A stretch of DNA of 64,000 bases from Eledone cirrhosa (lineage: Eukaryota), in NCBI GenBank assembly GCA_964016885.1, contig OZ024751.1, positions 1,488,001 through 1,552,000 of the forward strand, given 5' to 3'. The notes under the pieces are model-generated. The model did not search any database and was not told the origin of the DNA. It was given only the letters and a program-made list of their open reading frames with translations. A program made the position numbers and the translations under genes. This document shows, piece by piece, positions 1 through 13,430 of the stretch (the first letter of the stretch is position 1; every line of letters starts with the position of its first letter).

Positions 1-175
1 TATATATATATAAAATAAACATATGAAACAATCACAGGGAATAATTTGTAAAGAATGTAAGCACACATAGCTAGGTAGGTAACTAATCTTTGAGCTTATT
101 CTACGGTGGATATGGCGCATGTCTCTCAGACATGACAACCCTCAATTTTAATTTTGGATATATATATATATATAT

Positions 176-281
176 ATCCTTGAGCAAGACACTTTATTTC
201 ACGTTGCCCCTCTACACGGAGTTGCGACCGATATTAGCAATTGGAAGGACCATCGGAAACAGTGTTTCCTCGGTCGGATTT

Positions 282-285
<4 letters not shown>
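176..285 (+). mobile_element. 5'-truncated tRNA-derived SINE fragment (same family as 48532-48755)
   Basis: TCCTTGAGCAAGACACTTTATTTCACGTTGC...GTTGCGACCGAT..TTAGCAATTGGAA.GACCA.CGGAAACA matches 48616-48732. Confidence 0.7.
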
Positions 286-330
<45 letters not shown>

Positions 331-344
331 GTTAATATAGAAAT

Positions 345-395
345 GGCTTCTACAGGACTAGAACTGTTTCATTCGTGAGAAATCATCGGGAAGCC
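345..395 (-). ncRNA. Hammerhead ribozyme motif (U4C copy)
   Basis: revcomp GGCTTC-CCGATGA-T-TTC TCAC GAA-T-GAAA-CAG ttctagtc CTG-TA-GAAGCC. Confidence 0.65.
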
Positions 396-593
396 GACTG
401 TCCAAGTAATATGGTGATATTTATGGTGGTTGATGGATTTAAAGAAAGGGGATTCTTTAAAAACTATATTTAGAGAAAAAATAGTGTATCCCCTTTCTTT
501 AAATCCATCAACCGATGACCTCCACCCATCCCAATCACCACCCTCTCCTACCACCAGAAAATGTGTAAACACCACCATATTACATTGACAGTC

Positions 594-644
594 GGCTTAC
601 TGATGATTTTTCCTGAATGAAACAGTTCTAGTCCTGTAGAAGCC
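594..644 (+). ncRNA. Type I hammerhead ribozyme motif
   Basis: GGCTTa-CTGATGA-TTTTTCCTGAAT-GAAA-CAG..CTG-TA-gAAGCC. Confidence 0.7.
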
Positions 645-719
645 ATTTCTATATTAAATATTCACACTCTGCTATATATTGAGTACCTTACTGTCATTAC
701 CTCGGATTGATCCCGTGAT

Positions 720-829
<110 letters not shown>

Positions 830-1298
830 AGGTTTATTATTGGTTGTGTCAAACGGTCCAATAAACTTTTGTTAGCAATATTAAGTTCTCCACGCTTTTG
901 TATATCTCCAATTCCATTTATGGGAAGAGCTAGATGATGTAAAACGGAGTATTTGTATCAAAATAAAGATCCGAAGGCATGGTATAAATTTCCAATCATT
1001 TTAATCACGACACATGTTTCAATAAGATATAGATCGATCGTGTAGCCATGCGTCGGTGTGTGTGAGTGTGTATGTACCCACTCACATTAACTGTGACCGA
1101 CTGTAATTCTACAGATTTGATTGATGTCCAGCGTCTTTTACAGCTATTGACAGATAGAGACTTGATAGTTTTATGACCCTAACTGAAGACGATAGCAGTC
1201 GTCGTGTTCTGACTCCTTGATCTTCATATGAGGGACTAAACTCTGTGAGTAAACATTAATTTTCTCCCTCATATCAAGGATTTGAAGCCAATTCTTTT

Positions 1299-1372
1299 TC
1301 ACCTGACGAGATCAGTGATAATCGATCATGGCTACACGATCGATCTATCTCTTATTGAAACATGTGTCGTGA
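1299..1372 (+). ncRNA. Type I hammerhead ribozyme motif with long stem II
   Basis: TCAC-CTGACGA-stem II (ATCGATC/GATCGAT inner pairs)-GAAA-CATGTG-TC-GTGA. The 3' part is inverted-duplicated at ~955-1050. Confidence 0.75.
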
Positions 1373-1699
1373 TTAAAATGATTGGAAATTTATACCATGC
1401 CTTAGGATCTTTATTTTGATATATATATATACATACAAATAAGGATTCAGCGAGAATCGCATTTCGGCAGGCAGGAAAAGCGAAGCAAAACGCAAAAATC
1501 AGAAATGATACTGGCAAAGTGCTCAATAGTTAAAAACCAGAGCTAAACGATGTGAAGAAGCCATACAAAACTGAAAAGGTGGTCAAGAAGGCATTAACCA
1601 CCCAAGCCAAAAACCAAATCAAGCTAAACAGGTCAAAACAAAATAAATATATATATATATATATATTATTATGTAATAAACAACATAAGGCAATTATTC

Positions 1700-1753
1700 C
1701 ATTTACCAGTGGTTTCTTAAAAGCAAAAGGTTTTGCTTTCAATCCTCAGAATG
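1700..1753 (-). ncRNA. Type I hammerhead ribozyme motif
   Basis: revcomp CATT-CTGAGGA-TTGAAAGCAAAA cc TTTTGCTTTTAA-GAAA-CC act GG-TA-AATG. Confidence 0.8.
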
Positions 1754-1845
1754 AAAAAATCCTGGTTTGTTTATTGAATTTGGATCTTAAAAACAAAAAA
1801 AGCAAGCTATATGAAAGTGAGGCTGGAGAAGGAAGAAGGAAAGGG

Positions 1846-1879
<34 letters not shown>

Positions 1880-1903
1880 CTACCCATACAACCACACATA
1901 CAC

Positions 1904-1954
<51 letters not shown>

Positions 1955-2073
1955 TACACACGCGCATACACACGTTATTCCGGGTTGAATCGGAGGCAGC
2001 CACAGTAAGCAAGGCACTCAGTACACCGCAGAGCATGAAGGTTATAATACAGATGAGAATCTGTGTATGTATA

Positions 2074-2137
<64 letters not shown>

Positions 2138-2510
2138 TGTGTATGCGCGTACGCACGCACGCGTATACAAATATAAATATATTTCCCCCATACACATGTG
2201 TGTGCGTGCATGCGCGCATACGCGCAGGGTATATTCTGTTGAAAGTGTCTCCTGAATTTATCGCTACAGTTGTATAGATTATACTTAGAAATTGTCTACA
2301 GAATTCCCTAAACCTTCGTCAATTTACCTTTAAGAATTTAGCTTTTAAGGAATCTCCCCTTCCTCCAAAACTATCTACCATGAGTGACCCCATACTGATC
2401 TTACAGACACCTGTAAGCTAAAGAGAAAGCTAATGATAAGGATTGGCTCCAATCTGAATACAGAAATCTGTCTGCCTTTGTTCCTCTAAGAACAAACATA
2501 TACAAACATT

Positions 2511-2615
<105 letters not shown>

Positions 2616-3047
2616 CTACACACACACACACGCATACATATATATATATACACACACAGAAGGGGCACAAAGAATTGTTCTTTGTGTACCACAGAAAAGT
2701 ATAGGATTTTGCTAAACTTGAGAGACACTTCCGCTTGCCTTAATTCAAAGACTGAGATCTTCAGATGCTGTCCTCATCTGAGACCGCACCTGATCTGTAA
2801 CTGGATTGACACTCCTATGAGAAATCAACCGCCTTGAACTCCTCTCCCGCTCTTTACTTCTGCTACGGTTTTTATTTTACTGTTTCTACGTTCTGTACTC
2901 TTGTATACTTACATTTATTATATATTTTTTTCTCCCTTACCTCCCCTTATATTTTACCTTCTCCTATGCGCCCCCCCCCCCCCACATATATTCTTTTTGC
3001 CTTGCCCTCCACATACCTATGTGTATGTGTGTGTATATTTGTGTGTA

Positions 3048-3111
<64 letters not shown>

Positions 3112-3245
3112 GATATCTGTGTGTATGTGTGTATGTATATATGTTTATACGTATGTGTGTGTGTGCCTGTGTGTATGTATTTATATATGTATGTATTTGT
3201 GTGTGTGTGTATATATGTGTATGTGTGGATAAGCCAGGTTTCTCT

Positions 3246-3299
3246 CATCCTGAAGATTGTAGGAACATTTTTTTGCTTTTAAGAAACCCTTGGTAAATG
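3246..3299 (+). ncRNA. Diverged hammerhead motif (family of 1700/4792)
   Basis: CATC-CTGAAGA-...-GAAA-CCCTTGG-TA-AATG; stem II degenerate. Confidence 0.6.
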
Positions 3300-3467
3300 G
3301 AATAATTGCCTTATGTTGCTTTAATATTTTACTACTATATATACGTATATGTAAGGTCCTTATGATTTATCTAAGATTGAGTTTTACATACACACACGCA
3401 TATACGTGTGTGTATGCGTATGCATGTGTGTGTGCGTGGTTGTGTATGTGTGTATATGTGTATATGC

Positions 3468-3545
<78 letters not shown>

Positions 3546-4144
3546 ATATATGTGTGTGTGTACATATGTGCGTGTGTATATATTGATAATTATATGTGTG
3601 TGTGTGTATATATATGTGTGTGTGTGTGTGTTTGTGTTCTGTTGTGCGTGTTTATGATATATACGTATTTGTATGTGTATAATTGTTTAGCTATGTATGT
3701 ATATGTGTGTGTATGTGTACGTGTATATATATGTGTGTGTGTACGTTTGTATTTATGTATATATATGTGTGTTTATGTATGCATATATGTGTGTGTGTGC
3801 ATATAGTTGTATACACATGTGTGTGTGTATAGATTGTACACTTGTGCGTGGTTATGCATGTATGCGTATGTATGCGGTTATGTATTTGTATTTGAAATTT
3901 TTTTATGTGTGAGAGTGTGTGAATGCGTTGACTCTTTCGTGCGTATGTATATGTGCTTTTGTGTGTGTTTCTTACCACGCTTGTCTGTCCAGTTTGCTGC
4001 CTTATGTGACGGTCTCTATATTTTTATAATATATATATATAATTTTTCCTTATATTTATTTGCGTGTGTGAATATGTAGAGGAGTGCATTTATGTATGTG
4101 TATGCATGTACGTGTGTATATATGCTTGATTGTGTGAATGTATG

Positions 4145-4215
<71 letters not shown>

Positions 4216-4426
4216 GTATATATATATATATGTGTGGATATGGCTATGTGTACGTATGTGTATGCGTGTACACACGCGCATATATGTATATATATATATA
4301 TGTGTATATATATGCGTGTGTATATGTGTGTGTGTGTGTGTATGTGTGTGTATATATGCATTTGTGTGTGTGTATGTGTGTGTGTGTATATATATATATA
4401 TGTATGCGTGTGTGTGTGTGTAGATA

Positions 4427-4470
<44 letters not shown>

Positions 4471-4590
4471 TATACATACACAGATTCTCATCTGTATTAT
4501 AACCTTCATGCTCTGCGGTGTACTGAGTGCCTTGCTTACTGTGGCTGCCTCCGATTCAACCCGGAATAACGTGTGTGTGTGTGCGCGTGT

Positions 4591-4627
<37 letters not shown>

Positions 4628-4791
4628 TTTCGTGTATGTGTGGTTGTATGGGTAGTCTTATTTTATTTATTTATTTATTTTTTTTTTAATTTTTATTTTT
4701 CCTTTCCTTCTTCCTTCACCAGCCTCACTTTCATATAGCTTGCTTTTTTTGTTTTTAAGATCCAAATTCAATAAACAAACCAGGATTGTTT

Positions 4792-4845
4792 CATTCTGAG
4801 GATTGAAAGCAAAACCTTTTGCTTTTAAGAAACCACTGGTAAATG
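4792..4845 (+). ncRNA. Type I hammerhead ribozyme motif
   Basis: CATT-CTGAGGA-12 bp stem II-GAAA-CCACTGG-TA-AATG. Confidence 0.8.
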
Positions 4846-4948
4846 GAATAATTGCCTTATGTTGTTTATTACATAATAATAATTAAGCTCTGTTGCTTAC
4901 ATAGAGCACTCTTTTTTCCTGGACTTTTCCGACGGAATTACTTCATTT

Positions 4949-5063
<115 letters not shown>

Positions 5064-5912
5064 TAAATTAATATTTGATGAACATTTACATGTTATAGTT
5101 GTAATTGACTAATAAGATCGCTAGAGTGAAAAATCTTAATTCAACAACATAAGGTCTGCCTGTACGATCTAGAAAATAATAAATCAATACTCACAGACTC
5201 ATATGGGCAAAAAGCCTTGGTACCTAGACACGTTTAAAATTCAAAATACAAACTTTTTCCGCAGATCGGTCAGAACTTCAAACTTCAAACATGTTTCACA
5301 AAGGATGGTATAATAGTAAAATAATTAACTAATTAGCAGTGAGTTAATCAACTTTTTCTGTGTTTATCAATAGGTACCCAGATAAAAATAAAAATAAAAA
5401 TAAAAATAAAAATAAAAATAAAAATAAAAATAAAATAACTCAACCTTAGAAAAATATCTAAGGTCTGGTTAGCGTAGCGAAAATACACGAGGTTTTGCAC
5501 ACGGCTTATTCCAGTCCTCTAACGTCCCACACATAGTGCTAGAAATAACAGCCGTTTGTATGGGATTACAAAATTCAGCTCACCTTGGGGAGCAGTGATA
5601 AATAGCTTAGAGTTTAGACTCAGAGAGGTCATTTACAATCATTTCAGCTCTAGGAATCGCTTCTGAGCAGTATAAATTAATATTTGATGAACATTTACAT
5701 GTTATAGTTGTAATTGACTAATAAGATCGCTAGAGTGAAAAATCTTAATTCAACAACATAAGGTCTGCCTGAACGATCTAGAAAATAATAAATCAATAAT
5801 CACAGACTCATATGGGCAAAAAGCCTTGGTACCTACAGTAATTTATACTGCTCAGAAGCGATTCCTAGAGCTGAAATGATTGTAAATGACCTCTCTGAGT
5901 CTAAACTCTAAG

Positions 5913-5920
<8 letters not shown>
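5064..5920 (-). mobile_element. Non-coding retrozyme-like element, 609-bp unit, ~1.3 copies plus an inverted terminal fragment
   Basis: 5064-5226 repeated at 5673-5835; 5840-5920 is the revcomp of ~5598-5678; flanked by (TA)n; contains HHR 5219-5378. Confidence 0.75.
5219..5378 (-). ncRNA. Hammerhead ribozyme, U3-A8 core variant, long stems II and III
   Basis: revcomp GGTACCTA-TTGATAA-ACACAG...CTTTGT-GAAA-CATGTTTGAA...TTTAAACGTG-TC-TAGGTACC (8-bp stem I, ~10-bp stem III). Confidence 0.75.
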
Positions 5921-5972
<52 letters not shown>

Positions 5973-5974
5973 GG

Positions 5975-6011
<37 letters not shown>

Positions 6012-6013
6012 CG

Positions 6014-6047
<34 letters not shown>

Positions 6048-6054
<7 letters not shown>

Positions 6055-6342
6055 TAAAATAACAGATTAAAGTTTAAGCAAAGAATCGCTGCTTTCACCC
6101 TTAACGGGATCTTCTGAAACTAACAAAGTCAATCTGTAAACGCAGAACTGGATATTTCAAAAAACGTTTACAGATTGACTTTGTTAGTTTCAGAAGATCC
6201 CGTTAAGGTTTAAAGCAGCGATTCTTTGCTTAAACTTTAATCTGTTATTTTAATAAATATTTGCTCTACGGTTCTTATATATTTGATATATATTTTCCTT
6301 ACCGAGCCCTCTTTGGATTTTAGTCTTCAATTTTATTATTAT

Positions 6343-6345
<3 letters not shown>
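6048..6345. mobile_element. Fold-back pLTR-type insertion with two U4A hammerhead-like motifs (6071-6121 minus; 6186-6236 plus)
   Basis: Arms ~6048-6142 / 6165-6259; AGTTT-CAGAAGA-T-CCC gttaa GGG-T-GAAA-GCA..TGC-TT-AAACT; same family at 52780-53030. Confidence 0.7.
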
Positions 6346-6400
<55 letters not shown>

Positions 6401-6408
6401 TATATATA

Positions 6409-6633
6409 TAGGAACGAGTAGGACCCCGACGGCTGAGCTCAAGCCGTTTCGACGGCTAATTCTGGACTAAAAGAAAAAAAAAAAAAAAATCATTTTTTTT
6501 TTTGTCCAGAATTAGCCGTCGAAACGGCTTGAGCTCTACCGTCGGGGTCCTACTCGTTCCTATTACCCACTCTACTACCCTAAGTATTGAGTACTTTGGT
6601 GCGTTATGGTCCACCTGGTCCCTTACCACATTT
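6409..6633. mobile_element. Fold-back pLTR fragment with only the 3' half of a hammerhead (family of 48773-49447)
   Basis: Arms 6409-6467 / 6504-6562; TAGCCGTC-GAAA-CGGCTTGAGCTC..CCG-TC-GGGGT followed by the family tail. Confidence 0.75.
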
Positions 6634-6642
6634 ATATATATA

Positions 6643-6703
<61 letters not shown>

Positions 6704-7200
6704 CATAGTAGAAGATATCTCCCTCCGAAATACGATGCGCAATGTAATGTTAGTCATTGAGAGAATGATAGAAGCAGATGATATGATTATTTCGCTGATG
6801 AAGAAAAGGTGTGTGTGGGGAAGAAGAAGAAGGTTGATAAGAGTGACGTACAACCAGTGTGATGGTGGGAGGGTGATGTGTAAGATATAGATCAATATAT
6901 AGTGATGTCAATGATTATTGCAACTTTTGACGAACGATGAGTATATATGTGTCTCTCTGAGTGTGTTTTGTGTGTTTCAATCGTGTGTGAAGCTGTATCA
7001 ATGAAGATGTGAGGCCCGATTCATCCATATATATGTGTGTGTGTGTGTGTGTATACATACATGCTGCAAACATATATATATATACACAGATAAATATCAA
7101 TGTATATTGTATGAGAGGAGGGAACTGTTGTGACAGTTGTATTTAAACATCGATGGAGATAGAGTTGTAATACGTAGTGCTGCAGTTTGGTGTAAAAGCG

Positions 7201-7298
<98 letters not shown>

Positions 7299-7320
7299 AT
7301 ATTATATATATATAAAATAT

Positions 7321-7353
<33 letters not shown>

Positions 7354-7366
7354 AATATATATATAA

Positions 7367-7436
<70 letters not shown>

Positions 7437-7516
7437 GCCTCCCCATCTCACTGACATATATACTTGTTTTTCCTCTTCCGCATTCCCCCCCCCCTCTCTC
7501 ACACACACTTGTTTTC

Positions 7517-7716
7517 NNNNNNNNNNNNNNNNNNNNNNNNNNNNNNNNNNNNNNNNNNNNNNNNNNNNNNNNNNNNNNNNNNNNNNNNNNNNNNNNNNNN
7601 NNNNNNNNNNNNNNNNNNNNNNNNNNNNNNNNNNNNNNNNNNNNNNNNNNNNNNNNNNNNNNNNNNNNNNNNNNNNNNNNNNNNNNNNNNNNNNNNNNNN
7701 NNNNNNNNNNNNNNNN
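7517..7716. other. Assembly gap (200 N)
   Basis: Run of n. Confidence 1.
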
Positions 7717-8123
7717 TATAGGGGGAGGATAAGTGATAGAGAGATATTATGTATAGAGGGAAATTGAGAGCCATGCAGTGTTTATAGAGGGAGTGTTGGA
7801 GGGGAATAGATCGTTTATAGGGTGATGGGTGAAAATAAGTGAGATGAACAGATAGCATTGAAAGACCGAATGAGGGGAGACAGAAAGAGAGAAAGAGTGA
7901 GAGAGAAAAAGAAAGAGAGTGAGAGCTAGGGAAGTAGAGAAAAGGAAAGAGAGAGAATTATAGGTGAAGAGAAACAATGATGAATAGAATGGTCACTCGG
8001 CATTGCCTGGGACCTATAGCAGTACGTTTGTAGTCAATACGTTGAATGAGAATGAAATAGGTCAGTGGAGGGCTATTACAATTTATTCCAGTCAAATAGC
8101 TGAGTCAATTATATTGACTACAG

Positions 8124-8280
8124 ACGGTGGTGGATTAGAAGAATCGTTAGAGCATCGGACAAATTCTTAGCAACATTTGTTCCGGCTCTTTAGGCTCAGT
8201 GCTCGAATCTCTCCTTCCGTCCTTCTATATTCGATAAAATAAAGTATCAGTCCGGTACTGAAGTCGAGGTAATCGACTTG
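8124..8280 (+). mobile_element. Degenerate cephalopod-type SINE
   Basis: AGAATCGTTAG...TCGATAAAATAAAGTA.CAG...GTACTG..GTCGA.GTAATCGACT; related inverted copy at 51775-51905. Confidence 0.55.
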
Positions 8281-8479
8281 GTGAGGTTGATGGTTGTGGA
8301 TGTATGGTGATGGGTTTGGTGGTGCTGGTGGGGATGATGAATGCGACATGATATTTACAGGATCGAATGTTACAATGTTAAAATATGACAGAGAAAACAA
8401 TGGTACTGAAATGAGAGATGGTGTGGTAAGGTATTGGTGATTATCCCTATGTTGAGTTCGACTTAGGGTTTCTCCTTGG

Positions 8480-9363
<884 letters not shown>

Positions 9364-9387
9364 CTGAACAAGGCACTCATATTCGCG

Positions 9388-11184
9388 ATGAATAGGACAG
9401 GCCTAACACGCGACGAGGTCCGAATCATACACGCCGCCAGAAAGACCCTGATCCGATTCGGTGGGGACATATGGACCCGGAGCGACTGGCCAAATAATTT
9501 TGACATTACAATGGGCTCCAGTGACTCCGCGCAGCTAACGGACTTGGTTGGGATATACATACTCTACGAGATCAGGAGAGAAATACCCAACCGAGACGAC
9601 GCACTATTCACCGTAGTGGACCACAGCACCACAATGGTCGAAAATACGAAGAGGAGAATTAGGCACTTCTTTAGCAAGGTAGGACTTAAGGTAGAGATGG
9701 AACCCAATAGAAAAATAGTGAATTTCCTGGACACCACCCTCAACCTCAACACCAAGCTACACCACCCATATCATAAACCCAATGAGAAGCTGGTGTATAT
9801 CAACGCTGGGTCTAATCACCCTAGATCTATAGTTAAGGCCGTAGTTAAGAGTGTCTCTGACAGGATCTCTAACTTGTCGGCCAATAAAGAGATCTTCAAT
9901 AGTAATGCTGATTACTATAACTCAGCGCTAGTTAAGGCGTCCCACAGCGATATGATCAGCTATAACCCTAAGGGACATGATCGAGATGACCCAAGTGTAC
10001 CCCGGACCAATACCCTCAGGGGCATGAGTCGCCCACCTAATACCTCGGTGACCAGTAGTAACACTCCCAGACCCCTATCCGTCACCACCCCCGGTAGAAG
10101 GTCCCGCATACCCCACCGGTCTAATACCTACAACGCTGAAGACCACTGTGCTGCGGAGCATAGGCACCCCTGGACCGGCCCCACAACCCGCCGAAACCTA
10201 ATTGAGCAGGGAGGCCGCACCTCGCAGGTTTATAACCCCACGGCGGGCCCATATAACCCTCATGATAGTGACCGCTCCGCACACCCGAGTGACACCAACC
10301 GAGCTCGACCTGAGCTGTGCACAACCACGCGATGGCCCACGGCGGACACCCAACAACCCCGCAAGAATAGGACCAGGAAAGTCACATGGTATAACCCTCC
10401 ACACTCGGTGGGTCTACGTACCAGCCTGGCTAGAACATTCTTTAGAGTACTGGATAAATGTTTCCCTAGGGCCCACAAGTACCATAAAATATTCAACAGG
10501 CACACAGTGAAACTTTCCTACTCAACCACACGCTCCGTAGCCCAGCACATAGCTGGCATAAATAGGAATAGGCTCACTGCCTCTAATACCACCGTAAACC
10601 TCGGAGCCACCCAACATAACCAGCACGCGGGACGAAACGGAACCCAGACAGGCCCAACTAGCACACCGGAACCCAACGACCTTGTGCTGATTGCGGAGGC
10701 TACCCAGCCAACGCCGAGTGATGGCAACCACGCGGTACATGTGGTGGGGATTAAGAAGTCATGTAATTGCAGAGACCCATCACTATGCCTCCTTAGTAAT
10801 GAATGCATGACGAAATACGTGGTCTACAGGTGTAAGGTCACAACCCCTAACTCGGAGCACCACTACATAGGATCCACAGCGACGAGCTTCAAAGATCGGT
10901 GGTATAACCATCGCTATTCCTTTAGCAGAATAGATAAGAGGAAATGTACGGCCCTTTCTGAATTGATCTGGAAGCTCAAACTTGAAAAGACCCCGCACTC
11001 TCTGGTCTGGTCCGTGGTTAGAAAGGTTCCCCTAGACAGAGGCGGGTCTGGTATTTGTAACCTCTGTCTTAGTGAGACACTCGAGATTCTTCATGGCGGA
11101 ACCCAGCTATTAAACAGAAGGGCCGACTTATTCGGTGCCTGCAGACACCTAAGGACGGGAACTTTCCTCAAGCTATATGGATAA
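9388..11184 (+). pseudogene. Penelope-like element ORF, 5'-truncated RT plus GIY-YIG endonuclease
   Basis: FDITMGS.DSAQL.DLVG, RDD, VNFLDTTLNL, YINAGSNHP, W.NPP, CNCR..LC, VVYRC..YIGST.TSFKDRWYNH, CNLCL.E, CRH. Confidence 0.9.
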
Positions 11185-12155
11185 ACCCGGTTACGGCCTC
11201 CCACAACGCCCCCCCCTGTAGGTCCCCTACACTCCGTACCAATGACCAATGGACAACAACAACCACCCATAGTTTGTGGTCCCTATGGTGGATGGTCCAC
11301 CGGATCCTCTACTGGTTAGGAGTCATCTAAACCACGTTTTATTGAACCTGATTTTATATATATATGTATATATATATATCATGTGTCTATATGTATATAT
11401 TTTATATGTGTATATATGTGTATTTTATATATATGTATGTATATATATGTATATATTTTATATATATATATATGCTTGTGCGTACATACATGCATACATA
11501 TATATATACACACCTGTATAGATATGTGTGTGTAGATGTGTGAGTGTCTGAGGGGGTAAGTGTGAGTGTATGTACAAGTCAACCAGCATAAAACTTTTAT
11601 TTCTAAATTTTCTAAACTATCTAAGTATTGGACTCTAACCATTATATTAAGTAATACCACCTTACATTTTGTATGTGTGGATGTGTGTCTGTGTGTGTGT
11701 GTGTCTGTAGAGGTGGGTGTGAGTGTAGTGCAAGCCAACCTACATAAGTCTTTTTATTTGTAAATGTTCTACTCCAACCATAAATTTCAGTAGCACCACT
11801 CCACATAAATTCCTCAATTTAAGAATGACCTGTAGTATCTATTTCATACTATTAACCTTAATTGAATATATATCTGACCAGGAATGCTTTTTGTGAAAAT
11901 CAGTCATATGGAACTATTGTCATCTTGCCTGACGGTTTGAACTTTACAACACCACCTGCCTCTTTGAGGTCCAATACCAACCCTACTACCATATACAAAC
12001 TGACCAATGAGAATCAAGACTATTCCTGCTGACAACATTAAATTATTCCTAACAAGCTCATATGTCCCAAGGCTCTGATACCATCAACACTATAAACACA
12101 GAGCTGGCATATCTAAGAACTGACTAACTGCCTGATGAGGTCATAGCCATACAAT

Positions 12156-12755
12156 GAAAGTATATACTTTCCTTATGCATATTAACGGCTGAGCAGCCTA
12201 ATTTGCATATCGAGTGAGTTCAGTCGGCTGGGCGCACCGAAAACGATAAATGGAATAGAAAGAATACATACATACTTACATTTAAGTAAGTGCCGTGCGA
12301 AGAGTGAGAAATGAAATTTCGTTTCATTCTATTCCATTTATCGTTTTCGGTGCACCCAGCCGACTGAACTCACTCGATATGCAAATTAGGCTGCTCAGCC
12401 GTTAATATGCATAAGGAAAGTATATACTTTCAGACGTTCAACCATCTGGCAGGAAGGTATACGATGCTGACGATAGCTAATAAGCTTGAATCTAGTACAC
12501 CGTTCCTGTGTCAGTGTTGAACAAAAAGGTGACGTGGTTTCCTAAACACTGTACGGCGTAATTCGGGCTGTTTGTTTGTTTACAAACAAACAAACCGATA
12601 CGTGCATATATATATATGTGTGCTTGTATGTATATATATACATACTACTGTACGTCTGTATACATATATGTATGTACGTATACATACATACATACTTACA
12701 TTTAAGTAAGTGCCGTACTAAGAGTGAGAAATGAAATTTCGTTTCATTCTATTCT
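12156..12755 (+). mobile_element. Retrozyme-like element, 420-bp unit, >1 copy with inverted 5' fragment
   Basis: 12265-12334 repeated at 12685-12754; 12156-12260 inverted versus 12328-12431; octamer 12379-12386; HHR 12462-12502 (GAAA>GAAT). Confidence 0.75.
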
Positions 12756-13392
12756 CTCTATATATATATACATATATATATATATATTTAAGGTCGAGTG
12801 ATGCAATTCCGAGTGATCAGCGGCCTTTCGACTCACCTGATCAATGAAATAATTGTTAATACTGTAAATAAAACCCTTTTTGTACAGCCGACCATGTTAT
12901 TCTTCACCCTTTCATTATATATATATATGAAGGAATTGGTAGTTTACTTGAAGCATTGTGTAGTGAGGTATAAACGTTTGAAGTTAGAAGGCCAGAACAA
13001 TGCAGGTTTGGATAATAAATGCAAAGGATAACGCTGACAATTAGTCTTTGACCATAATTTATTAGTATATCCTGATATTTCGAGATAATATATCTTCGTC
13101 TGAAGAAAGTAAAGGAGTTATCCAGTGTTCGAAGTGGGTTGCCAAGTCAAGCATATATATATATATGTATGTATATATATACACACATATAAATAATCAA
13201 AATATGCAAGTCAGAGTGTACACTACACTTTAAAGAGTGAATAAACAGCTTAGTGTGGGAACATGGAGAATTGATGTTAAAGCTGTGAAATCTTGCATGT
13301 ATTAATTTCAATTTTTCTTCTTAATAACTGCATTGTTTCTTTCTAGGGACTATGTTGAAAAATACACGTCATTGGGCCATGCCACGAAAGTG

Positions 13393-13430
13393 TCTTGGTC
13401 AGCCTATGAACTTTTCAGCAGACCCACGCA
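13393..13430. repeat. Possible degenerate Tc1/mariner-type terminal repeat
   Basis: CTTGGTCAGCCTATGAACTTTTCAGCAGACCCACGCA resembles mariner-type ends; no partner end seen. Confidence 0.3.

Noticed and set aside
5075-5165. Plus-strand TTGATGA...CTGA as box C/D snoRNA or hammerhead
   Set aside because: D box differs between the two copies and there are no supporting stems; the minus-strand hammerhead explains the element better
12128-12172. CTGATGA...GAAAGTATATACTT hammerhead-like match
   Set aside because: The GAAA half belongs to the adjacent inverted insertion; no stem I or II pairing, so a truncated or chimeric motif
13062-13105. Minus-strand CAGACGA-AGAT/ATCT-C-GAAA motif
   Set aside because: No stem I pairing; at best a decayed copy
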